The notes under the pieces were generated by a model that was not told where the DNA came from, did not search any database, and saw only the letters and a program-made list of their open reading frames with translations. Positions 41,401-52,199 of a DNA stretch of 64,000 nucleotides are shown here, piece by piece. The stretch's first letter is position 1, and each line of letters starts with the position of its first letter. The stretch lies in assembly GCF_009914755.1 (NCBI RefSeq), contig NC_060937.1; one strand, given 5' to 3'. Origin of the DNA: the human T2T-CHM13v2.0 reference genome, Homo sapiens. The position numbers and the translations under genes are program-made.

Positions 41401-42784
41401 CTTAGTTATTTCCTGTCTTCTTCTAGCTTTTGGATTAGTTTGCTCTTGCTCTGTAGCTCTTTTAATTGTGATGTTAGGCTGTCTATTTTAGATCTTTCCC
41501 ACTTTCTCCTGTGGGCATTTAGTGCTATAAATTTCCCTCTTAACACTGCTTTAGCTGTGTCCCAGAGATTCTGGTTCATTGTCTCTTTGTTCTCTTTGGT
41601 TTCAAATAACTTCTTGATTTCTGCCTTAATTTCATTGTTTATCCAGGAGGCATTCAGTAGCAAGTTGTTCAATTTCCATGTAATTGTGTGGTTTTGATTG
41701 AGTTTCTTAAGCCTGAGTTCTAATTTGATTGCACTATGGTCTGACAGTCTGTTTGTTATGATTTCTTTCTTTTGCACTTGCCGAGGAGTGTTTTACTTCC
41801 AATTATGTGGTAGATTTTAGAATAAGTGCCACATGGCACTGAGAAGAAGGCATATTCTGCTGATTTGAAGTAGAGAGTTCTGTAGATGTCTACTAGGTCC
41901 ACTTGATCCAGACCTAAGTTTGAGTCCTGAATATCCTTGTTAATTTTCTGTCTCATTGATCTGTCTAATACTGACAGTGGAGTGTTAAAGTCTCCCACTG
42001 TTATTATGTGGGAGTCTCAGTCTCTTTGTAGTTCTCTAAGAACTCATTTTATGAATGTGGGTGCTCCTGTACTGGATGCATTTATATTTAGAACAGTTAG
42101 CTCTTGTTGGTGAATTGTTCCCTTTACCATTATGTAATGCCCTTCTTTGTCTTTTTTGATCTTGGTTGTTTTAAAGTCTGTTTTATCAGAGACTGGAATT
42201 GCAACCCCTGCTTTTTTCTGTTTTCTGTGTGTTTGATAAATTTTCCTCAATCCCTTTATTTTGAGCCTATATATGTCTCTCCACATGAGACTGGTCTCTT
42301 GAATAGAGATCACCGATGGGTCTTGACTATCCAATTTGCCAGTCTATGTCTTTTAATTGGGGCATTTAGCCCATTTACATTTAAGGTAAATATTGTTATG
42401 TGTGAAATTGATCCTGTCATCATGATGCTAGCTTGTTATTTTGCACACTAGTTGATGCAGTTTCTTCATAATGTCATTGCTCTTTATATTTTGGTATGTT
42501 TTTCCAGTGGCTGGTACTGGTTTTTCCTTTCCATATTTAGTCCTTCTTTCAGGAGCTCTTGCAGGCAGGCCAGGTGGTAACAAAATCCCTCAGCATTTGC
42601 TTGTCTGTAAAAGATTTTATTTCTCCTTCGCTTATGAAGCTTAGTTTGGCCGAATATAAAATTCTGGGGTGAAAATTCTTTTCTTTAAGATTGTTGAATA
42701 TTGGTCCCCACTTTCTTCTGGCTTGTGGGGTTTCTGCTGAGACATCTGCTATTAGTCTGATGGGCTTCCCTTTGTAGGTGGACC
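38414..42784 (-). mobile_element. 5'-truncated L1PA (about L1PA12): ORF1 3' end, complete but disrupted ORF2 span, 3'UTR
   Basis: Minus ORFs carry EN ([18 protein letters not shown]), RT-region ([28 protein letters not shown]) and C-terminal motifs; 3'UTR with gggaacttagaggatgggtcaata. Confidence 0.95.
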
Positions 42785-42859
42785 AGGACAGATATTTTCA
42801 ATTGTGGATTCAATTTTTAAACAATTTAAAAACTTAATTTTTAAACATTTCTTAATATA

Positions 42860-43580
42860 CAAATTTTTATAAAAATTATAATTGACAAGTATACATACAT
42901 TTTTGTGTACAACATGATGTTTGGATATATGTATACATTGTGAAATGGTTAAATTAAGCTATTTGACATATGCATAAACTCACATAAATATTGTGTGTGT
43001 GCGTTTGTGTGTGGTAAAGCACTTAAAATCTCTCCAAGCAATTTTCAAGAATACAATATATTTTTATTAACTGTAGTCACCATGATATACAATAGATCTC
43101 TTGAACTTATTCCTCCTGCTGAACTAACATTTTGTGTCTTCTGACCAGCATATCCTCCACCCCACCTTCATCCCCTAGCCTCTGGTAACCACTATTTTAC
43201 TATCTTTTTCCATGAATTTTACTTTTTCACAATTCACATCTAAGTGAGTACATGTATGATGTCTTTCTGTGCCTGGCTTGCTTAACATAATGTCTTCCAG
43301 ATTCATCCTTGTTGTGGCAAAGGAAAGGATTTCCTTCATTTTAGAGGCTAAATATAATTCTATTATGTGTATATATATAACATTTACATTATCCATTCAT
43401 CCCTTGATAAATATTTAGGTTGATTCCACACATTGAATGCTGGTGATAATGCTGAAATAAACTTTGGTGTGCAGATATCTCTTTGAGATACTGATTTCAT
43501 ATCCTTTGAATATATACCCAATAGTGAGAACCTGGACAATATGGCATTTCTGTTTTTAATTTTTTGAGTAATATCCATCA
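42860..43580 (-). mobile_element. L1MA (about L1MA7/8) 3' end
   Basis: tacaacatgatgtttgg...aactgtagtcaccatg..acaatagatctcttgaacttattcctcct; ORFs 43175 and 43384 are ORF2 tail. Confidence 0.85.
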
Positions 43581-43581
43581 C

Positions 43582-43617
<36 letters not shown>

Positions 43618-43631
43618 CCTACCTACCTACC
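43582..43631. repeat. (CTAT)n(CTAC)n tetranucleotide STR
   Basis: ctatctatctat...ctacctacctac. Confidence 0.95.
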
Positions 43632-43659
43632 TCTGTCTCTCCCTCTCTAATGTATATAT

Positions 43660-46600
43660 TTACAAATGTTTGTTGATTTGACTCTTTTACCATTGTATAA
43701 TGGTCTTCTTTGTCTCTTCTTACAGTTCTTGACTTAAAGTTTATTCTATTTGATAGAAGTATAGTCACTCCTGCTCTTTTTTGATTTCCATTTGCTTAGG
43801 GATATCTTTTTCCATCACTTCACTTTCAGTCTATGTGTGAAGTGAGTCTCACAGGTAGCATATAGGAGTTTGTGTGTGTGTATATATATTCATATATTTT
43901 TTCAGCCATTTTATGTCTATAGATTGGAAACTTTAATACATTTACTGAAATTAAATTATAATATATAAGGATTTATGACTGCCATTTTTTTACTTGTTTT
44001 CTGGTTGTTTTATAGATACTTTGTTTCTTTTTTGCTCTCTTTCTGTCTTCATTCCTGGTTAAGGGATATGTTTTTTCTAGTGGTGTGTTTTGATTCCTAT
44101 TTTTTTAATATTTATTGTCTATCTCCTATAAATTTTGGCTTTGTTGTTACCATGAGACCTAAAAAAAAATCTTGTCATTATAACAGGCTATTTTAAGCTG
44201 ATAATAATTTAACTTTTATAGCATAAACTAACTCTACTCATTTACTCCATCCTTGCCAAGATATTATGTTTTGGATGTCACGTTTACATTTTTTTATATT
44301 CTATATCCTTTAAAATTGTTGTAGCTATTATTTTCAATATTTTTTCTTTTCACCTTTATAATATATATTTTATGAACACTATTACATTATTAGAATGTTA
44401 TACATTATATATTTGACTGCTTACATTTTTGTCATGAGTTTTATGCTTTTAGTTTAATTAGCATCTTTTTCTGTTAGTTTAATAAACTCTCCTTAGCATT
44501 ACTTATGAAGCATATCTGGTGGTGATGAATTCCCTGAGAATTGGTTTGTGTGAAAATATCTTTGTATCTCTTTTATCTCCAAAGGATGGCTTTCCCAGGT
44601 ATAGTGGTTTTGGCTGGCAATTTTATTTTTTTCCCGTCTGCATTCTGAATATATCATCCCACTCTCTCCTGGCTTATAATGTCTCTCTTAAGAAATCTTC
44701 TATAACTTTATCAGAACTCCCTTGTATGTGATTTGCTTTCTTTTTTTCTTGCTGCTTTTAGAATTCTCTTTATTTATCTTTGATTTCTGAGAGTTTGATT
44801 ATAATATGTCTGAGAGTATTTTTTGTTTAGATTAAATCTTTTTGCAGACTTTACCAGCGAGCTTCACTGTAGAAAGACCTTCTCCTATGAGGAAGTGAGA
44901 GGTGTGCTTGCTGAGTCGGGTGGATCTGTTCTGAAACCATAATGATGCCAGCTGTTTAGTCTCTGCGATGCTTTGTCAGCTGAGGTCAGTGTTGATGAAG
45001 ATTGCAGTTTGATGTTTCTGTCCTTGGATATTTACAGCTTTCTCAAAATTTGGCATGTTTTCTGCTACTATTTCTTTAAGTTTTCTGCTTCTTTCTCTAT
45101 TCTTCTTGAACACCTGTAATTTGAATATTTGCTCTTTTGATGCTGTTCTATAAATCTCATATGCTTTCTTCAACCTTTATATTCTTTTTTTTTTTTAATC
45201 TGGCTGTATGTTTTCAAATAACCTGTCATAGAGTTTACAGATACCCTCTTCTTTTTGATTAATTCTGCTGTTGATGACATTTATTATATTTTTATTTTAC
45301 TCATTGTATATTTCAGCCCATAATTTATTTTTGACTTAAAAAATAATGTCAATCTCTCTGTGAGACTTCCAATTTGAGTCACTGATTATATTCCTGATAT
45401 CATTGAATTTTTTCTCAGATTTTTTTCTTATTTTGCTGAGCTTTCTAGAAACAATTATTTTGAATTATCAGGCAGTTTCTCTATTTCCATTTCTTTGTGT
45501 GATTAGTGTATTCTTTTGATAATATTACCTCCTTGGCTTTTTATGTTTATTGTTGCTTTGCACTGATGTTCGTGCATTTTGTGGAGCAGTCACTTTTTGC
45601 AGACTTTACCAGCAAGTTTCACTTTAGAAAGACCTTCTCCTATGAGAAAGTGAGATGTGTGCTTTCTGAGTTGGGTGGATCTGTTCTGAAACCATAATGA
45701 TGCCAGCTGCATAGTCTCTGTGATGCTTTGTCAACTGAGGTCAGCATTGATGAAGATTACAGAGCTCCTTAGTGGCTAATGAACTGTGGATTTCTGCAAT
45801 GGTGGTGAGGGTTGCTGGAGTTTTCTCAGTTTATGACTGCTAAGGTCCTCCTGATCTCTCTCTCCCACCAGGAAAGTTGAGGCTAACAGGATCCATCTTG
45901 TCACTGGGTATGACTTGTAGGCTCACTTGCAGTAGCAGTGGTACCAGTGTCTGATGATTGTCCCTTGTGAAATGAGTGCTTAATGAGTGCAAAGCTGAGG
46001 CTTAATACATAGGCACACTGGAAAGATTATGGCTCTGGGATTATGGACGGTAATGTTACTGGTGCACGCATCCCTGCTGCAACATTTTTAATAATACAAA
46101 AGGCATGGATGCTAGTGAAGCAGCTGGGGGAGCTGAGAACAGGGACACAGAGCTGCGTGGAGCTAGAGGTTCCGGAGATTGCGTCTAGCTCCCTTCGGTG
46201 GCTGAACTAGTGCTCAGAACTTTGGCACACATAGTGAGGGCTTGGTTCTGGGGTCTAAAGTGCAACCTAGCTTCCTATGGTAATGGCTATGGTGTCTGAA
46301 ATGTGGGCAGGCCCAGTGCTTCTGCGGAGCCTGTATCTGGGCTGTGGCTCACGGAGCGGCAACAGCTCCAGGGTTGGTGCATTCACGGGGTTGGGAAAGG
46401 TGGTAGCTCCTTTCCCAAAGTAAATCTGACCAATTCTTGGGGATGGTTGACGTGCAGCTGCATTGTCCTCCCTGTAGATTTACACCAGGAATGGCTGTTC
46501 GTTACTTCAGTGGAAGAGACGCCCATGTCCTTTGCAGTGCAGGCCAGTGGACACCACACTGGTTCTCATCATGTGTTTGATACCTATTACCTACATTTTT

Positions 46601-47230
46601 TTTTTCTCGGTTCCTAGGCATCTCTTTGTGTCTCATGTATGCTGACCTCTCTGGCGATTCTTTCTATTTGTATATTCTCTATTTTCCTGCTCCGCTGTGT
46701 TATTCCAAATGCTTTAAGGAGTTCTTGAGCCCTCTAAGGGCTATTCTGGTTAGTGAATGCTGCCTGTATTTGTTTTTTGTTTGATTGTTTTTTGGGGGAA
46801 TTGCTATTTGTTTCCTCCAAAAATCATGTTGAAATATGACTGCCATTGTGGTGGTGTTGGGAAGTGGCACCTAATGTAATATGTTTGAGTTATGGGGGTA
46901 GATCCCTCATTAATAGATTAATGCCAGTCATGGGACTGGATTAGTTACTGGGAGAGTAAATTGAGACAAAGTGAGATTCCTCCTCATGTTTGCCTTGTTG
47001 CACATGCCACTCACCTTTCTACTTCTCAGCCATGTGTGACACAGCATGTGACTCCTACCAGAAGTCTAGCAGATGCTGGTGCCATGCTCTTACAGTTTTC
47101 AGCCACCAGAATTGAGAGCAAAATATGTTTTTTTCTTTATAAATTTTCTAGCCCCAGGTATTCTGTTATAGCAATATCAAGTGGACTAAGACAGAAATAA
47201 AGGCTGATTTCTCCTACACTGCCATCTTAG
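43660..47230 (-). mobile_element. L1M 5' portion (EN start, inter-ORF, ORF1, 5'UTR), interrupted by an MST LTR
   Basis: gacttaaagt...ctcctgctcttttttgatttccatttgc (EN antisense); ORF 44976 is ORF1-like; 5' terminus gccatcttag (YY1-type motif). Confidence 0.8.
46802..47193 (+). mobile_element. MST (MSTB/C-like) solo LTR
   Basis: tg...tcatgttgaaat...caggtattctgttatagcaa...ggactaagaca; TSD ggaat/gaaat. Confidence 0.85.
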
Positions 47231-48392
47231 TATGCATATTTTGAGATCTACTTCAGAAAACTAGGTTTAAAAAATCTCCTTGCTTGAAAATATTACTAGA
47301 TTCTTGGTATATTCTAAGGCACATCCATAGTATATTATAATTCAGGATTATTATATTTTATATCTTAGAATTTTTTTCTCTGTAAGGCTTATGTTTCTTC
47401 CTTTTAATAAATTAGATACATTATCTACTCTTCTTTAGATACATGCTCAATCATTATATATACAAAATATATAATATACTATATTTTTTGTCTAAAACTT
47501 TTTTGTATTGTCTTTTTAAAAATGCCACAGAAATAACCAAATTTTCTTGTCAGTTGCATTATTCTTGTACTGAGTTTTCATCAGATCTTTCACTTTTAAA
47601 ATCATCAGGCATAATTTCATCACAGGCATTTTAAGTCTTTTGTTATCCTCCTCTAGATATTTTTTCAAATTAATGCTCACCTGAATGTGCTTGTAAATCA
47701 GCTAGGGGCCAGACTTTTATTTTTAACAAAGAACTATCATAGAGCCTTGTGTAAAAGGAGTATGTCAAGCAATTTTGGGTACAGCCTCTAGTGTCATCAC
47801 TTAAATAATTTCGAAGCTATACTAGTACACCGAGTCAGGGTTTCCAAGACTTTACGTGAGGAACAGATGGGACTGTAAAATTGATAACCCAAGATTGAAT
47901 TGAAAAAAATATTAATTACAAAGAAATGAGTGAGCTGATGAGGGAATAACTTTAGCTTTTTTCAGAATATTATTGATGTGATAATATTTTTGTTTTCTGG
48001 AGGTAAGAGACGTCTTTCTCTTTTCCCTTAAAGTATTCATAACTCATCATTGTATTAGACTGTGCTTTTATAAATAGAAATAAAACATTCATCTTTTTCT
48101 GCCTTACCCATTTCTGTAATTCAAAACCTCTTGTTGAGTATGCTTATTTCCATGGCAACATGGTTGTTTGCATAAGTTCAGTAAGAACCTATCCTCCTTT
48201 TTAGTAGTTTATAATTAAAATAATTTATTATACAAGCAGAGCCTTGCCTGGAATGTCATCTTTGAACATGATACTCATATAATCAGATACACCCAGCCAC
48301 TTCTAAGAAGGTTAAGGCATACAAATGCTGTCATTTGAGGCTGAAAGTTATTGGAAAAAAGGCTGATATTTTATCTATTAAGATGGCCTTTT

Positions 48393-48450
48393 TAAATTAT
48401 ACTTTAAGTTCTGGGATACAGCTGCAGAATGTGCAGATTTGTTACATAGG
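48393..48450 (-). mobile_element. Extremely truncated L1PA insertion (~58 bp)
   Basis: attatactttaagttctgggataca...gtgcagatttgttacatagg between TSD copies taagatgg(c/t)ctttt. Confidence 0.85.
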
Positions 48451-48734
48451 TAAGATGGTCTTTTAAGATATCCAAACAGCTGCTAGGATTCTTGATTTCT
48501 TGCCAAAATATAGTCTATGGCTTCCAGATGATTATAAATTCTGGCAAAATTGCAAAGGTCTACTGCACATTTCAGCCCTCATGTTAAGTAGTTCATCTCA
48601 ACTTGTCCCATCTGCCAGAAACAAATCCTGGTAAAAATATAAAGGTAGGGCACAGAAAAGTACCAGATCTTCTGGTCCCTTTCTCCATTTGCAAATATAT
48701 TTCAGTCATTTTCTAAGTATAAGGCAGTATAAAA

Positions 48735-49242
48735 ATGTTCTGACCAAGATGGTCTTCATATTCTCCTTAGCTTTTCTAAACTGTAAACAGGCTTTCTCAT
48801 GACTATTGGCCACTGACATCCCTTTCTTTTAAGAGCATTTACTTACAAAAACTTGCAAGTGTAAATTATTTCTCTGCCTCCTTTGATATATTATTTTCCC
48901 CCAGTCCCTTGGCATTTTTGCAACTCAGAAATGCATGTCACAAGGAAGTGGGATACACACCTTGGAAATGTGATGATCAAGAAAGACAGCACTCCTGTCT
49001 CCCAGTTTCTGTAGAGGGTAGCAGCCTAACTTTTATAAGCACCAATTAGCAAACACATATTGCCCAATCACGTTGACTAACCTCTCTCCCTCAATATCTC
49101 CACCACTTTTTCACCGCCTCACACAGTGCTTAAAACTCTCGTGATTTGTTTCAATGGAGATGAGTTTCATATCTCTTTAATATGGTAAAGGTTTTCAATA
49201 AAGTATTTCTTGCCTGTTTAACTCTTATGGAAATTTTTGACA
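48735..49242 (+). mobile_element. MER31-family ERV1 LTR
   Basis: gagcatttactt...aaacttgcaagtgtaaa...ctcccagtttctgt...caattagcaaacaca...aataaagt..cttgcctgtttaact..tttgaca. Confidence 0.75.
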
Positions 49243-50204
49243 GTTCTAACCTTAATGTGCATGTTTTCAGATGGTTGGAAGCTCATCTTCATAAATAGAC
49301 TCCTATCACTTTAGCTTAACTTAAGCTTCTATTAAAATACTTTTCTCTATTTGAAGGATCTCATCGTTTCTCTTTAGCAATAAAGGAACTTACTTCATTG
49401 GTAAGGTTATTCAGAACATATAATGGGATTTATACTCTTGTAAAAGCTACACTGCCCTTATCACCTGCAATTATCGGAATAATAAAACAGGCTAATATCA
49501 TTCTTCAGTGCAAACTCACCAAACTATGAGGAACTCAACTAGTTTTGGCTATAGTCTCACCTTTGGCTTTACCTGATTATACTTTGATCCTCTTTTTCTA
49601 GACATAATCAACTATCTTTTTATACAATTGCCAGCAGGCCAATAGGGATCCCACATACCTACTGGACTTTAAAAGACTCTAATCTCACTGTCTCTAATAT
49701 ATCTTGAATACTTCCAAATTCTTATTAAATGCACACATACTTAACACCAATGAGTTCAATCTCTATTTCTCCCATTGCAGCCCTACATGATCTTTAGATA
49801 GGGTGCCTAGTTTTCTGAGAACTACAAAACTGCAAAGGCCAATCTTGAACTCAGGTAGAATGGATCTTACACTGTCCTCCCAACCACCAACACCACTGAA
49901 AAACTGCAGAGAGCACAATCTTGAACACATGTTTTACAATTAAAAAAAATACAGTCTTTACTCTGAATGAAAATCCACCTGATCTGTGAGTCCCAGGAAG
50001 AGATAATAGGAATAAGGAGATGGATATTTTTTCCCCAAGAAGTTTGGAATAAGCAGATGACATTATAAAGGGTCAGTTTCTACCTAAGATGCTGAAAAAA
50101 CATCATCTAGAATATATATAGTAAGTCCCTACTAAATTTCATCTTTGTCTACACTTTGTCATATTGCTTCTTTTCCAGTGATCTCTCATCCAACTCTCCT
50201 ACAA

Positions 50205-50420
50205 TAAGGTGACCAAAAGCCTTGCCTTAGGTGCAAAAATTAAAAGTGTACCAAAAGTCATAGCAACCAAAATAAATACTATTCTGATGCAAATGGTTAA
50301 AAATCAAAATTAATGCCAAAGTCAATGATGAACAAAATGCCAAGGGTATAAATAAAGATACGGTCATTATTATTGTTTTTACATTTTGGAGAGTGTTCAA
50401 TGTGTATTAAGGTGGCACAC
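50205..50420. mobile_element. MER96B-like hAT element fragment
   Basis: aggtgcaaaaattaa...aaaaatcaaaattaatgc...atgatgaacaaaat. Confidence 0.6.
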
Positions 50421-50643
50421 TTCCTGATCCAGTCTCATTGTTATAGTTTCATTATCATTAAGTTTTTGTATTCTGTCTTTTATATTATTTTTAACCAATT
50501 AACTACTCAAATTTATTCAAATTTTAAAGATAATTTTCAAATATGGCTTTCATTTGAGTTTACATAGTTTATGACTTCTAACCTCTAAGTGTGTATTTTC
50601 ACATTGTTCGTGTTTGTGTAAGTCAAAATCATTAAACTGATTA

Positions 50644-50938
50644 TTTTTTTTTTTTTAGACAAAGTGTCACTCTGTCATCCAGGCTGGAGTGCCGTGGGAC
50701 ATTCATGGCTCCCTGTAGCCTTGATCTCCCAAGCTCAAGCAATTCTCTCACCACAGCCTCCAGAGTAGCTAGGACCACAGGCATGCACCACCATGCCCAG
50801 CGAATTTGTGAAAAATTTTTGTAGAAATGGATTATCTCTATGTTGCCCAGGGTGGTTTTGAACTCCTGGGCTCAAGCAGTCCTCCCACCTCAGCCTCCCA
50901 AAGCGCTAGGATTACAGGTATGAGCCACCACACCCAGC
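50644..50938 (-). mobile_element. AluJ, full length
   Basis: gctcaagcaat, tatgttgcccagg, tgggctcaagcagtcctcccacc AluJ features; short TSD tgatta. Confidence 0.92.
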
Positions 50939-51317
50939 TGATTAAAATATTTTTATTTATATTTATGTTTGCCTACTGGACAATGTGTTTTCTCATTTAA
51001 TTACAAAAGGTGTGTTGAAATTAATAGGTTGTTAAGATTCTATTCTGTTGAGTATTAAGACGTCAAACCCCATATACAATTTTATAACTTTATAGGTTAA
51101 GACTTATTAGGTGAATATATTTAAAGCCACTATAAATGCTTAAATAGTTAAATTATTTCTTATTGTGTGGTAAAATGTATTATCCCAAATAATGTCTAAT
51201 GGCTTAAAGATTTTTTCCTAATTAAAATTTCTTTTTATTTTTATATGTGTAGTAAGTATGTTTCCATCTTTCATTATTTTTTTAAAATCCTTTCCCCATT
51301 CTGTGTGTCTCAAAAAA

Positions 51318-52138
51318 TATGTATATATATATACACACACACACAAATACATGTATACATACATATACGTATATATGTACATATACGTATGTATATATGT
51401 ATATATACATATCTGTGTGTGTATATATGTATATATACATATATGTGTGTGTATATATGTATATATACATATATGTGTGTGTATATATGTATATATACAT
51501 ATATGTGTGTGTATATATGTATATATACATATCTGTGTGTATATATGTATATATACATATCTGTGTGTGTATATATGTATATATACATATCTGTGTGTGT
51601 ATATATGTATATATACATATCTGTGTGTGTATATATGTATATATACATATCTGTGTGTGTATATATGTATATATACATATATGTGTGTGTATATATGTAT
51701 ATATACATATATGTGTGTGTATATATGTATATATACATATATGTGTGTGTATATATGTATATATACATATGTGTGTGTATATATGTATATATACATATAT
51801 GTGTGTGTATATATGTATATATACATATATGTGTGTGTATATGTATATATACATATATGTGTGTGTATATGTATATATACATATATGTGTGTGTATATAT
51901 GTATATATACATATATGTGTGTGTATATGTATATATACATATATGTGTGTGTGTATATGTATATATACATATATGTGTGTGTGTATATGTATATATACAT
52001 ATATGTGTGTGTGTATATGTATATATACATATATGTGTGTGTGTATATGTATATATACATATATGTGTGTGTATATGTATATATACATATATGTGTGTGT
52101 ATATGTATATATACATATATGTGTGTGTGTATATATGT
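51318..52138. repeat. ~820-bp TA/TG/CA minisatellite, ~28-30-bp unit gtgtgtgtatatatgtatatatacatatat
   Basis: About 25 visible units with variant blocks; no stop codons, hence six long spurious ORFs. Confidence 0.97.
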
Positions 52139-52199
52139 ACTGTTTACCTCATTTTTCTGATAAGCCCAAATATATATATGAAAAGATATATATATATAT

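Noticed and set aside
38476-42334. Functional endonuclease/reverse transcriptase gene
   Set aside because: L1 ORF2 is broken into many short ORFs by stops and frameshifts, and the element lacks its promoter.
47950-48010. 37-nt exon with ttcag acceptor and gtaaga donor
   Set aside because: Isolated splice-like motifs are common in AT-rich DNA and nothing else supports it.
51318-52138. CRISPR-like array of ~30-bp palindromic repeats
   Set aside because: No unique spacers, no cas genes, primate context; it is a head-to-tail minisatellite.
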